From NCBI GenBank assembly GCA_002269645.1, contig NIVC01002742.1, forward strand, positions 62,001 to 126,000: a stretch of 64,000 nt of DNA. Reading direction: 5' to 3'. Under the pieces are notes generated by a model. That model searched no databases, had not been told where the DNA came from, and saw only the letters and a program-made list of their open reading frames with translations. This stretch comes from Macrostomum lignano. Its lineage: Eukaryota. A program made the translations under genes and the position numbers. Position 1 is the first letter of the stretch. The number at the start of each line of letters is the position of its first letter. Of this stretch, positions 1 to 12,419 are shown piece by piece.

Positions 1-1963
1 TGAGCTACGACCTGGAGTCCAAGGACGCCGACGAGGACGCGTTGAAGCGGCGAGGAGAAAGGAGGTTTGCGCTGTGCTTTTATTGCTTTGGTTGAGTAGC
101 TGAGGTACGTTTTGTTACTGATTGGCTGGAATGAGGTCGCATGTACATACACTTCACTGTGCCGTGGGGGTTGGCCCTCAAGGCCGTTAATTACACAAGC
201 AGAGCCAGATTCCATTTTAATCCCAAAATGAATGTGACTGCACTGTGTCTCTCCCACCGCCAGATTCTCACCCGAATGCCTTCGCTCGCCGTCTTCAAGT
301 TCTGGCCGCGGTGCCGGCGTCGTCAAAGCGGCCGGTGCAACAGCGGCTCTCGGTCGCAGCCTCCTGACCCTGTCCACTGCAGCAGCCAGCGGCGGTCCTC
401 CGCAGCTGCCGCATCTGCATCATCATCATCATCAGCAGCACCAACCGCATCCCCAGCAGCAGTCGTCAGTATCTTCAACAACTTCGGCGACTGCGGCATC
501 AACGGCGGGACCGTCGCCTGAAGGCTCAATCGCTCCGTCACCGAGTGAGTTGCAAAACCGTTGAATTCATTATTTACCTTGCTTTCTACACAGTTGCATG
601 CGCTGGATCTACTTGATGAACCTCTTTGTTGAACATTTTTGATGAACCTCCTTGATTAGCCTCCTTGATGAACCTCCTTGATGAACCTCCTTGAGCCTCC
701 TTATGAAACTCCTTGATGAACATCTGATGAACTTCCTTGATAAACCTTCTTGGTGAACCTCCTTGATGAACCTCCTTGTTGAACCTCCTTGTTAAAGCTC
801 TTTGATAAACCTCCTTGATGAACCTCCTTGATCCTCTGTGATGATCATCGTTAAGGCTTAATGAACGTCTGTAACCCTCGCTGCCACACTTCTCTGTGAA
901 CTGATCAATGAGCGAGCGCTATTTGACTGGCTTCCAATTTGCAGTAATTGAAAGCGTGGAGCACCCAGCTGACTCAGACGGTATCGTGATAAAATTTTCA
1001 AATTGCGGTCACAGTGTCTGCTTGATATCGCTGCTTATAGTAATGTGTCTGTCGCTGTTTGCTTAATTTCTAAACTTTCATTTACCTTTCTTTCAAGCAC
1101 CTTTTTAGCACTCGTGTAGATAAAGCACTTGTGACTTTATCCTTAGCATAGAGCTCATGCTTACGAGCTAATAAATTAGAGACAGTTATGAGCGTAGTTG
1201 ATCTTGGTCTTGCCTTGGCTCTTGATTGGGTCCAGTAGTTTGCAGTAGTTCGTTCGTAGTTTGATGAAAACTATTTTAATAGATTGATCATTAGGTCGAT
1301 CTTATAGTTTACGTAGGAATAAAATGGATTGCTAATCTAGCCAATCATGACAAATAATGGAGTCTAGAATGGATTGCTAATCTAGCCAATCAGGACAAAT
1401 AATGGAGTCTAGAATGGATGGCTAATCTAGCCAATCATGACAAATAATGGAGTCTAGAATGGATTGCTAATCTAGCCAATCATGACAAATAATGGAGTCT
1501 AGAATGGATTGCTAATCTAGCCATTCAAACAATTTTTGGCTAATAGAAGCTCACCACACCAATGCGTTTCCTCTAGTTACTTTTAGTAGTACAGCACGTT
1601 TTTGTTAATACATTTTTCCTATTTGTTAATCTTCATTTCTTGTATTAAATTTTTGCATTTTATTGCATGCCATACAGCCCCTATCCTCCCTCTACAGTTG
1701 CTGCTATTCTGAATTATCTGAATTATCGCTTGCCAATGCAACCCGCAGATCACTCTCGCAGCGTGTCGGACCCGGTTCCATCTGGTCCCACGATTCAACA
1801 ACTGCCGCCGCAGCCGCCTCCGAGGAATGCTTCAGTGTCGGTAAAGCCGCCAGATCGTCCGCCTAGGCTGGCGGCCTCTAGACCACCCGCCGTGCCGCCC
1901 CGACAGAACCCAGGCGGCCGGGTGATCGGCTCTCTGGGTCAGCAGCAGCCGCCGCATGGTTGA
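1..1963 (+). CDS. 3' exons of an unidentified gene with a low-complexity His/Gln/Pro/Ser-rich C-terminus; 5' end lies outside the window
   Basis: Exon <1-64 (SYDLESKDADEDALKRRGER, donor ag|gtttgc). Exon 264-544 (acceptor ccgccag, donor a|gtgagt; FSPECLRSP...HHHHHQQ...). Last exon starts at 1749 (cccgcag) or 1698 (ctacag), both phase 1, and ends at TGA 1963 (PPQPPPR...PPAVPPR). Phases are consistent and there are no stops. No recognisable domain. Confidence 0.6.
142..238 (-). mobile_element. Partial copy of SINE family B (body only), intronic
   Basis: Reverse complement matches about 52846-52945 (gtcacatt..tgggat/ctaaa..ggaatct..ggctctgct..aattaacg..cttgagg..ccaacccc..ggcacagtgaagtgta). Confidence 0.75.
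613..835. repeat. Degenerate 13-bp tandem repeat (GATGAACCTCCTT)n, intronic
   Basis: About 15 imperfect units read directly. Confidence 0.85.
1322..1525. repeat. 45-bp minisatellite, about 4.5 units
   Basis: Unit AATGGATTGCTAATCTAGCCAATCATGACAAATAATGGAGTCTAG. Confidence 0.9.
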
Positions 1964-2000
1964 ATACTTTAACAAAGGCTAGGCCTGATGCTAAAAATTA

Positions 2001-2190
2001 AATCAGTGTACATTTGGTCTAGATAAGTGGGGTTAGAGTTTTGATTCTATAAATAGAATCAGTGCACTTTGTGTCTAGATAAGTGAGGCTAGAGTTTTGC
2101 TTCTATAAATAGAATCAGTGCACTTTGTGTCTAGATAAGTGGGGCTAGAGTTTTGCTTCTATAAATAGAATTGGTGTACATTTGGGACTA
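2001..2190. repeat. 56-bp tandem repeat, about 3.5 units
   Basis: Unit AATCAGTGCACTTTGTGTCTAGATAAGTGGGGCTAGAGTTTTGCTTCTATAAATAG, e.g. at 2057 and 2113. Confidence 0.85.
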
Positions 2191-2419
2191 GGTCTAGTAG
2201 GGGCGAGTTTAATTCTGAGTTACTGTACAAAAACAAAATTATGCTGTTGGCCCGAGAAATTCGGTAAAATATTTTCCTTGTCAAAGTGCATCTCCACTAT
2301 TGCACTTCGAACAAATTTTGCTTAGTATGGCGTACGAGCTACGTTTAAAATGGATTTCAATTTAAGACCGCATGGCTTATTATTTTGATTTTCTGTTTCG
2401 AGCTGGCAGTGCCCAGTCC

Positions 2420-3968
2420 CAGTGTTGGGCACTTCCGTTACCGAGTAACTTGCAAATGGTAACGCAAGTTACTTTTTCGTAAAGCGTTCCTTACGCAAGT
2501 TACTTTTTTATTTTAGTAACGGAGTAACGGTAAGTTACTCAAATTTCGGAAGTCCGTTACAGTTACTTTTCAACAATCGCCATATTTAAATTTAAAACTG
2601 AAATTCTTAGCTAGTACGCCGGTTGTCACATGTTTTTGCATTTTTCATTCCTAAATTCAAAATTAAGTAATAGTATCATATGGTATTGCGCTTAATTATT
2701 GAAGAAATACTTGAAACATGTTTTACTTTGTTAATTTCCGTAAAATATTTTCGCCTTTCATTTTCGATCGTTACTAAAAATTTTCTAGGTTTGATTCAAA
2801 CAAAAAACCAAAGAAAGAAATTCATCTGTAGCCTCCACAAGTCCCTCCACTGGCACTGCAGTACCAAGGACGACTTAAGTAGAAGGACGGGAAACCTCGT
2901 TTCTTAGAAAAGTTTTGAAGGCACTTTTTCCCGAAAAAATACACTACGGAGATAGGAAGTTTTCATTTTTTCAGCACAAAAATTGTTATTGCGTTTGATA
3001 GGAGGCAGATCCAGTGTTCATCTTTTGATATGTTGTACCTTTTTTATTGCTCTATCGATATTTATAAAGCTTTTCGTTCAGAAAATTAGGATTCTATGTT
3101 AATTTTTTATTCTACGTATATTTTCGCGTGTCTTGTGCTTGAAATACATTAGAATGCCACGGCTCGGCTCTTTAGCTTCATGAGTCTTTTTTATAATTCT
3201 TACCCGACTGTGTAGCAAATATTTGTAACAGAGATGATAAAATAGGTTCATAAAACCAAATATTGGAGCTGTGTCATGCATTTTTGTGATTTTTAGATAC
3301 AGGAAATATACGTAGAATAAAAAATTAACATAGAATCCTAATTTTCTGAACGAAAAGCTTTAAAAATATCGATAGAGCAATAAAAAAGGCACAACATATC
3401 AAAAGATGAACACTGGATCTGCCTCCTATCAAACGCAATAACAATTTTTGTGCTGAAAAAATGAAAACTTCCTATCTCCGTAGTGTATTTTTTCGGGAAA
3501 AAGTGCCTTCAGAACTTTTCTAGGAAACGAGGTTTCCCGTCCTTCTACTTAAGTCGTCCTTGTGCAGTACACTAGACCATTTTATACAGTTCTATTTATT
3601 TTACTCTATTGAATTTTTGATATTCGTTTATTTTATCATTTATAATTTTAATTATTGATTGCCATTGCCCATTGGTCCTTCTACTTGCCTCACATCGTGT
3701 CGCCAATTCCTGTCTCTGTCTGTTAATCGGTTAATCCCAATGCCCAATGGCAAATTTCGGTAACAACAATGTGAAAAAATGTGCAATGTGAAAAAAGCAG
3801 AAAATTTTGTTAATAACATGGGTAACGGAAGTGAGTAACGGACAGTAACTTAAAAGTTACCAGGTTTTTGTCTAAAGTTACTAGGCTAACGTAAGTTACT
3901 TTTTAAAAATTGGTAACTTAAGTTACAGTAACGCAAGTTACTTTTTTTGAGTAACTTGCCCAACACTG
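2420..3968. mobile_element. Non-autonomous hAT-like DNA transposon
   Basis: TIR CAGTGTTGGGCA (2420-2431) / TGCCCAACACTG (3957-3968). Perfect 8-bp TSD CCCAGTCC (2412-2419 and 3969-3976). Many subterminal GTAAC/GTTAC motifs at both ends. An 8-bp TSD with CA termini is typical of hAT. Confidence 0.85.
2865..3562. mobile_element. Foldback/MITE element with about 260-bp TIRs, P-superfamily-like, nested in the hAT-like element
   Basis: Arms 2865-~3123 and ~3305-3562 are near-perfect inverted repeats (CAAGGACGACTTAAGTAG...CTACTTAAGTCGTCCTTG). Perfect 8-bp TSD TGCAGTAC (2857-2864 and 3563-3570). CAAGG termini with an 8-bp TSD fit the P superfamily; that assignment is inference. Confidence 0.85.
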
Positions 3969-4214
3969 CCCAGTCCCTGTCTGAAGAATTCTTGCCACTA
4001 ACCAACACCAATTATAAAATGTCTAAATTTTAACGCGCGCTGACCAGGCGTGGGTCTTATTTTAATTTTGGCTATCTAGTTCAGACTGATCACTGCTTGT
4101 GAATGTTTAATCACTGTCATTGTGAATACAGACATTACCATAACAGAACACTGTTGTGAACATTGTAAATCAATCTATTTTGTGTCTCTGTCTTTCACTC
4201 TCGCAACTTGCGTC

Positions 4215-4985
4215 TCTCCTTCCCTCTATTTCCTCTCCTTTCCAATATCCCCTTCCTTCTCTCTCCACTCTCCCTTCTCTCCTCTCCCTTCTCCCCTCTC
4301 CCTTCTCCCCTCTCCTCCCCTCTCCTCCCCTCTCCTCTCTCTTCTCCCCTTTCTCTTCTCCCCTCTCCCTTCTCCCCACTCCCTTCTCTCCCTTCTCCCC
4401 TCTCCCTTCTCCCCTCTCCTCCCCTCTCCTCCCCTCTCCTCTCTCTTCTCTTTCTCTTCTCCCCTCTCCCTTCTCCCCTCTCCCTTCTCTTCCTTATCCC
4501 CTCTCCCTTCTCTTCCTTATCCCCTCTCCCTTCTCCCTCTCCCTTCTCTTCCTTATCCCCTCTCCCTTCTCCCCTCTCCCTCCTCTCCTCTTCCTTTCTC
4601 CCCTCTCCTCCCCTCCCCTCTCTTCTCTTCTCTCTTCTCCCCTCTCCCTTTCTCCTCTCCCTTCTCTCCCCTCTCCTCCTCTCCCTTCTCTCTTCTCCCC
4701 TCTCCCTTTCTCCTCTCCCTTCTCTCCCCTCTCCTCCTCTCCCTTCTCTCTTCTCCCCTCTCCCTTTCTCCTCTCCATTCTCTCCCCTCTCCTCCTCTCC
4801 CTTCTCTCTTCTCCCCTCTCTCTCCCTTCTTCCCTCCCTCTTCTCCCCTGTCCCTTCTTCCGTCTCCCTTCTACCCTCTCTTTCTTCCCTCTCCCCTCTT
4901 CCCTCTCTCTTCTCCCCTCCCTCCCTTCGCTCTCCTCTCCCCTCTCTTTTCTCCCTTCTCTTTCTATCTCCTCTTTCCTCCCCTG
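4215..4985. repeat. CT-rich polypyrimidine low-complexity tract
   Basis: Almost pure C/T; it produces the spurious L/S/P/F-rich and E/R/G-rich ORFs. Confidence 0.95.
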
Positions 4986-5689
4986 TCTTATCTTTCCTAT
5001 GTACTATATGTCTATATTCAGTATTCCTTAACATACAATCGCATATCCCTATATAAATGCGTATAATTGTCAAATGCTTATATTTATATATTTATCTGGC
5101 TATGCAATTTACATATATAGTTGTAGGTCTACTTTGTCGAGCGCCCATTGCATTGTATTGCTGATATAATGAAAGATTTAATGCTTAATGTATACTGTAA
5201 ATTGACTGATGTGTATAAATATAGCTTATACAGTTTAGTCATGTTTATTTTTTAGCAAAAAATCTTAACAATCACGTATAATGCTTGCTTTAGTATCTGT
5301 GCTAGTTTGTTATTGTTAAATCCATTTCATATTATCTTTGTTTGGCTCCTTGTTTACCCTGTCTGGCGTGTCTGTGTTGCAACCTCTGTGCGAGCCAGTG
5401 TTATACAATATTGAATCGATAGGTAGGCAGCGGATAGTAGGTAGCGGATGCCTTGGTCCTTGGCTTCGCTGTGTGAATATTATATTTATTGCTATCTTGA
5501 TCGTCAGTAAAGCTTGCGAGTCTGCCAGCTTGGTGTGCCATTCACCATCAGTTCCGGTCTGCTTGTCACAATATACCTGTGTGTTTGTGTCCGAAGCATT
5601 TAGTCGGGCCTTGACATTCTGGTGGTCATTTGGCTAAGCTGCTTTTTTGTTGCAACTTTTGTCTGACTTTGCTGCTATAAAATCAAATA

Positions 5690-5767
5690 GAAATACAGAC
5701 AGACTGTACAAACAGACAGACCGACAGACAGACAGACAGACAGACAGACTGTACAAACAGACAGACC

Positions 5768-5811
<44 letters not shown>

Positions 5812-5814
5812 CTA

Positions 5815-5855
<41 letters not shown>

Positions 5856-6251
5856 CACAGAGACAGACAGACACATAGACAGACAGACAGACAGACAGAC
5901 AGGCAGACCGACAGACAGAAAGACAGACGGACGGACAGACAGACAGACAGAAAGACACAGACATACAGAAAGACAGACGGACGGACGGACAGACAGACAG
6001 ACACACAGAGACAGAGAGACAGACACACAGAGACAGACAGACAGACACTAAGACAGACAGACAGACACTAAGACAGACAGACAGACGTACAGAAAGACAG
6101 ACGGACGGACGGACAGACAGACAGACATACAGAAAGACAGACGGATGGACGGACGGACAGACAGACAGACACACAGACAGACAGACAGACAGACACATAG
6201 ACAGACTGACAGTCAGACAGACAGACAGACATACAGAAAGACAGACGGACG

Positions 6252-6282
<31 letters not shown>

Positions 6283-6404
6283 TGACAGTCAGACAGACAG
6301 ACAGACATACAGAAAGACAGACGGACGGACGGACAGACAGACAGACACACAGACAGACAGACAGACACAGAGACAGACACACAGACAGGCAGACAGACAG
6401 ACAC

Positions 6405-6447
<43 letters not shown>

Positions 6448-6450
6448 CTA

Positions 6451-6487
<37 letters not shown>

Positions 6488-7132
6488 CACAGAGACAGAC
6501 AGACACATAGACAGACAGACAGACAGACAGACAGGCAGACCGACAGACAGAAAGACAGACGGACGGACAGACAGACAGACAGAAAGACACAGACATACAG
6601 AAAGACAGACGGACGGACGGACAGACAGACAGACACACAGAGACAGAGAGACAGACACACAGAGACAGACAGACAGACACTAAGACAGACAGACAGACAC
6701 TAAGACAGACAGACAGACGTACAGAAAGACAGACGGACGGACGGACAGACAGACAGACCGACAGACATACAGAAAGACAGACGGATGGACGGACGGACAG
6801 ACAGACAGACACACAGACAGACAGACACATAGACAGACTGACAGTCAGACAGACAGACAGACATACAGAAAGACAGACGGACGGACGGACAGACAGACAG
6901 ACACACAGACAGACAGACAGACACAGAGACAGACACACAGACAGGCAGACAGACAGACACACAGAGACAGACAGACAGACACACAGACAGGCAGACAGAC
7001 AGGCAGACAGACAGACAGACACACAGACAGGCAGACAGACACAGACAGGCAGACAGACACACAGACAGGCAGACAGACACACAGACAGGCAGACAGGCAC
7101 ACAGACAGGCAGACAGACAGACAGACAGACAA
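5690..7132. repeat. Compound (AGAC)n microsatellite with higher-order blocks
   Basis: AGAC/GGAC/ACAC units; source of the QTDR and LSVC ORFs. Confidence 0.95.
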
Positions 7133-7686
7133 GAATTGAGCCAAAGTTTTAAGCCCACAGGCTGAAGTTCAGCAGGCAGGCTGACTTATAGTTACACTGC
7201 GTACTGCTGCCACCTCTAGACTCCTGCTCATAGGCGGGGTGAGCACAGCACTGTCAATAAAAACATTGATTGACGTCTTTGAAACTGCATTATTTATTAG
7301 TCATATATCAAGAAATACAGAGAGAGAGATGTGGCCTTGGAACTTAAACAATTTTCTGTCAAAGTAATTTAATGCCATGTAAACAGTTTTATCCTTTGAA
7401 TCACATCGCTCATTTAGGCAATGCAGACAAATCAATGGGTCACTGACAAATTGGTATTGCAGCCACAGTCTCAATCGCTACCCGTACGTGGCGCAAAACG
7501 CAACGAAAAGTTTGCATTGAGCACTAAATGAACTGTTAAATTATTCATAACACTGAGATGAGCAGAGTTAGTGGGAGTTTGCTTCATGTTTACTTCATGT
7601 TTACTTCAGGTTTACTTCATGTTTACTTCAGGTTTACTTCAGGTTTACTTTGAGTGGGTTTTTATCACCCACATCAGCCGGCTGAC

Positions 7687-10600
7687 TCATTGGCTACTGC
7701 AGGTGAGCTGCCGGGCTCGAGTCCGGACCCACGAGCCGAGCAGCAGCCACGCGATGCCGGCGCTGAAAAAGAGCAGCGCCGCTCCCAATGCCGCCACCGT
7801 CGCAGAGTCGGCAGCTGCCTCTGAAATTCGGGTTGCAGGGCTGCTGCAGTCTGTGCTGTTGCATCGGTGGCATCCAGCAGCTGCTGCAGTCTGTGCTGTT
7901 GCATCGGTGGCATCCAGCAGCTGCTGCAGTCTGTGCTGTTGCATCGGTGGCATCCAGCAGCTGCTGCAGTCTGTGCTGTTGCATCGGTGGCATCCAGCAG
8001 CTGCTGCAGTCTGTGCTGTTGCATCGGTGGCATCCAGCAGCTGCTGCAGTCTGTGCTGTTGCATCGGTGGCATCCAGCAGCTGCTGCAGTCTGTGCTGTT
8101 GCATCGGTGGCATCCAGCAGCTGCTGCAGTCTGTGCTGTTGCAAAAGCAACAGCAGGAACAGCAAAAGCAACTCCCTGAACTCACCGGAATGAGCAGCTC
8201 TGCCTCCAGCCTCCGTCTGCTGCTCGGCGGCCTCGCACGCGCACGCAGAGAGAAAAGTGAGCAGCAAAGCCGGACCTCAGGCCGGTGTACACCACACTCA
8301 GTCCGCTGTCCCTGCGCGGCTGCGTGCCGACAGTGATGAGGCTCAAGCTGAAGCTGGCGTTGCCGCAGATCTCCTTCCGTATGTGCACGATGGCCTCCGC
8401 CACAGAGTCCCACTGGGAGACGCTCACCCAGGCCAGGTTGAGGCCGCAGGCTGTGCGGAAGTGCCGCATCGTCACTCCAGCCTCCAGCACGCGCGTTCAA
8501 GGCTCGCCCCGGCTGGCCGATCTTTTCCCACTCCGGTTCCAAGGAGGCCACGCGCGACGCGAACGACGGAGGCGGCGTCCACTCTGAATGCGCAGTCCGT
8601 CTGGCTGTTTCCACGCCCGACGCTGAGCGAGCTGCCAATCTGATCCGGACCGATCGCCCGCCACGAGCTCGAGTCCGCTCGAAATGCATTAATGGTCAGG
8701 TGACTGATTGAGAAAGTTAAACTCACCTTGCCGCACCACGATCTGAGCAGTGGCCAGCCGTCTGAGCGACGAGCCAGCGACGCTCGTCTGGTTGAGCAGC
8801 TCTCCGTGCAAGGTGAGTAGCGATGAGATCGATTGTGACTGAGCTGCCTGAGGGCACTCGGACTTTGCTGCCAGCTGCTAGAATACCTGGCATGTCGCCA
8901 TCGCACAGAGAAGTCACTTGCTTCTCGTCCGATCCGTTTCCTGCAGACACGATGATACTCAGGTGAGGCTGCACAAATGACGCATTGCTCATGTATGAGC
9001 ACAGCTGTTCCACAGACTGTCCAGTGAGTGGCAGCAGCGCCTGCACAATGAGGTCTTTGCCAGCAGGCGGCGACGCCGTGAGCTGGCAGTAGAACACCTG
9101 GCTTGTCGAATCAGTCACGAGTGGCAGACTGGAGATCCACGACCTGCCGTTTGCACCCGGCTTGTAGGTGGGACACAGAAACAACCCGTCTGCAATTGTG
9201 AGTAGTAGGCTCACGATGAGGTCTCAGGTTTTCAAGTGCATGCGCCCTTGTCGGTTGGCAGGGCGCGTTGCACTTTGGGGCTGGCTAGGGGGGTTGGCGG
9301 GCAGGGTCTGGCCGGCGGCAGGGCTTTGCGCGTGCCCCTCCCCAGCCTTGCCCCCTGCCCCGTGCTCAGGGCTGGTTGGCTGCGGCCGGGCCGGCTTTGG
9401 CGCGGGTGCGGGGTTTTGATTGGCTGGCCGGCGCGGCCAGTCTCTATTTGTCGAATAGACAATAGTACATTAATACCCATGCTTTGCGGGCGTTAATGGA
9501 AATCAGAGGGCGGTTTTTTGTGTTTTTGAGCGCTCCGAGATTGCAAGCGAGACTTGACTCAAGTAAGAAACAGCGATATTAGCTACCTAGATCAAAGAAA
9601 CACAAGAGCCCTATTGAGAAATCAGTCTTTGAGAATTGAGAAAAATTCAGAAGCTGCGCTTGAGACCTACGAGCAAAATCAATAAACGTGCGAACAGTAA
9701 TTTAGCCACTGGTAAGTCGCCTGCTTGAGTGCACTCTTTTCTGGGGAGCTTGTATATATATAACCCGCTGTATAAGCACTCGAGAGTGTCACCACACCTC
9801 GAGCCGCAGCGAGCGTCACCGACCCGGGTTACGACAGGTGTACAAGGTAGAGCATTTGGAACACGTGTACTCGATGGTCTCACCTTGGATCCAGCTGAGC
9901 TGCTCCAGTGTGGCAGTGAAGCCCCAGTCCACTCGGCCACCACTGCTACTGGCTCATTGTGTCTGGTCCATTCCAGCACCGCACTGAGGTCACCGAGTCA
10001 TCCGCCATCAACACCAGTCTACCGGTGCTGTTCGTGCGGTTGACCGACACCTGAAGCTTGGTGCCGCGGAATGACTGGAATGCGTAGAGACAGCACGCTG
10101 TGTCAACAAGTATGTGAGCTGTGTTAACATGAAGTGCTCTGGCCACCACAGTTCAGTCTTACATTACTGGCCGCCTTTAGCAGCACTGAGGCGACTCTTG
10201 TGTGGCAGTCCGAGTCCGCGTGCAGCACCGTCTGCTTGACGTGAACGAGTCGCTGTCCTGTCGGGGTCTTCGTCACCGGCGGCTGGCTTCGGGACTGCAG
10301 CTTGAGTTTTGAGCAGACTGAAGCAGCGAAGTTAATTGAGGTGCTGGAGTGCTACTTGAGGTGCAGCTGATGCTCTGAGAGGAGAACCGGACTTACCGTT
10401 GTCCACTCCGCTCTGCACAATCGGAATTTGATCGACGCGAAAATAAGTTTCTGTTGAATAAAACCTGTCTTTGTGAGGTGTACTGAAATGAATATTTATT
10501 TCTCCAGCGCTGACGAAAGATTCTTGTCTCTCTGTGTGGCCGGAGCTGGAGCAGTGCTCAAATTTTGGCTGATGAGTTTGCTCTGGGATCTGTGTTAAAT

Positions 10601-10830
10601 TGATGCTGTGCAGTTGTCCAAGAACCCGCCGAACTGAACTGAGGCCGCAAGAGCGATGCACGGAAACCAGCCAAAAATCATTGCACATCCTCCTCCTTTC
10701 TGATCTGCTTGAGTTGTAGGGCTCGAAGTGTTCCTCGCAATCGTCAAGAAGTTGCTCTTGATAACGCCGCACGAGTTTACGAGTACCATCCAAGCGACTG
10801 AAGCTGCAAGTGAGCATGATTAGGATTTCA
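7687..10830 (-). CDS. Single-pass membrane protein with several divergent CUB-like domains; at least 3 apparent frameshifts; 5' end unresolved
   Basis: Exons about >10817-10397, 10317-10168, 10097-9884, 9189-8727, ~8640-8190 and 7820-7687. CUB-like motifs: FVSAGEINIHFST, GGRVDWGFTATL, and (joining frames at ~8765) WLVASDGWPLLRSWCG. C-terminal TM ATVAALGAALLFFSAGIAWLLLG, then stop at 7687. Frame switches near 9950, 8765 and 8495. Confidence 0.6.
7850..8142. repeat. 40-bp minisatellite, about 7.5 near-identical units, in the last intron (7821-8185) of the CUB-like gene
   Basis: Unit CTGCTGCAGTCTGTGCTGTTGCATCGGTGGCATCCAGCAG; flanked on the minus strand by a gtgag donor and a tttcag acceptor. 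Confidence 0.9.
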
Positions 10831-11152
10831 CCTGATCCTGTAGCATAAGGACAAGGACCTCTGGTGAGTTGGACTGGACCAGCGCCTACCCAGTTCGTCT
10901 ACCTTGAACGCGGTGCTGGGTGCCCTACCTGACCGCGAAGACCTGCCGGCCTTTATGTCGATGCGATGTCGGGGCGTGCGCTGAGAAATTAGTGCTGAGA
11001 TGCTGCGGATTGATTGCTCTGCCGAGTCACGAGTGCCGAGTCAGTGATTGTCACTGCCGACTTATGACTGCACTTCATAGATACAAAACTGTAAAATATT
11101 AACCTGATGCAGCTTAACAAACCAGTTGTGCTTGTCTAGTGGTGTGAGATTT

Positions 11153-11565
11153 GGGGAATGTGGGAATGTGAGGAATGTGAGGAATGTGAGGAATGTAAGG
11201 AATGTGGGGAATCTAAGGAATGTGAGGAATGTGAGGAATGTGGAGAATGTAAGGAATGTGGAGAATGTAAGGAATGTGGAGAATGTAAGGAATGTGGAGA
11301 ATGTAAGGAATGTGGAAAATGTAAGGAATGTGGAGAATGTAAGGAATGTGGAAAATGTAAGGAATGTGGGGAATGTAAGGAATGTGGGGAATGTAAGGAA
11401 TGTGGAAAATGTAAGGAATGTGGGAATGTAAGGAATGAGAATGTATGTAAGGAATGTGGGAATGCCAAGGAATGTGGGGAATGTAAGGAATGTGGAGAAT
11501 GGGAGAATGTAAGGAATGTAAAGAATTGTGGAGAATCTAAGGAATTTGAGGAATGTGAGGAATGC
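11153..11565. repeat. 9/18-bp tandem repeat GGAATGT(AA/GA/GG)
   Basis: Read directly; source of the CKECGE, RNVENV and PHSLHS ORFs. Confidence 0.9.
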
Positions 11566-11708
11566 CACAGTGTGGTTGTTACTAAGTGGGGTTTCTCATC
11601 TCAAATATTCATTGAATAACATTTTCCACTTACATGCTGCAGACAAAATGTCTGCTCGGGTTTCATGAGCATGATGAAATGTCATGATGTATTGAATTGT
11701 AGTCTACA

Positions 11709-12030
11709 GGGGCTGCAGCCTAGTGGTTAGAGCATCGGACTCACGACCGGAAGGTCGGGGGTTCGATTCCCGATCCCACTCGGAACAATTTGTGTCCTTG
11801 AGCAAGACACTTAACTCTGTATTGCTTCGGTTAACCCAGTTGTAAAATGGGTTACCAGCATTAGCTGGGGTAACTGAGGGTGGCGACCCCCAGTCCTTGG
11901 ACTGAACAGCCGTACGCAGCCTTCAGATGCGCCGCGCAATAGCTGCGGCTGAGCTGTCGGTTGCACATCTGCCCATTGGGGCAGGTGTAATCAGTTATTA
12001 TATTATGATTATTTTATTATTATTACTCTT
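11709..12030 (+). mobile_element. tRNA-derived SINE (family A) with a CORE/V-like central domain
   Basis: tRNA-like head GGGGCTGCAGCCTAGTGGTTAGAGC (A box) ... GGTTCGATTCC (B box, about 11760-11770). Then TGTGTCCTTGAGCAAGACACTTAAC ... GTTGTAAAATGGG, which resembles the CORE domain of MIR/V-type SINEs. Ends in a (TTA)-rich tail. Confidence 0.8.
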
Positions 12031-12208
12031 AATATTAAATTGGAAAGTGTGTAGCAGTATACAGATTTTGTTCACAAGACGGTTAATTTGCTTTGTCCTC
12101 GTACAGAGCCGTAAATATCACACTTCTCTGATGGCACTGTTTCACGTAAAAACTCTTGAAAAACAGACATTGCTTCATACTGCTTCCATAGTTGCTTCAT
12201 TATGAGGC

Positions 12209-12212
12209 AGAC

Positions 12213-12283
<71 letters not shown>

Positions 12284-12284
12284 C

Positions 12285-12376
<92 letters not shown>
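12209..12376. repeat. (AGAC)n microsatellite
   Basis: About 40 near-perfect units. Confidence 0.95.
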
Positions 12377-12377
<1 letters not shown>

Positions 12378-12419
12378 ATCCTCATCAGAGCTACAGAATC
12401 CTCATCGGTCTCCCTTCAT

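Noticed and set aside
4030-4081. Helitron 3' end (GC-rich hairpin then CTAG)
   Set aside because: The stem is only about 4 bp, the spacing is atypical and no 5' TC end could be matched.
4122-7158. Long ORFs over the CT tract and the AGAC array
   Set aside because: Simple repeats lacking stop codons; no domain content.
8704-8726. Ultra-short 23-nt intron (gtgagtttaactttctcaatcag) that would restore the CUB-like frame
   Set aside because: A 1-bp frameshift near 8765 gives a better CUB motif (LVASDGWPLLRSWCG) and higher GC3, which removes the need for it. cDNA would settle this.
11158-11619. Metallothionein or zinc-finger-like ORF (CKECGE)n
   Set aside because: It is a by-product of a 9-bp repeat that is open in several frames on both strands, with no splice or codon support.
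11709-11781. Functional tRNA gene
   Set aside because: A and B boxes are present, but the anticodon stem pairs poorly, there is no poly-T terminator, and a SINE body and tail follow.
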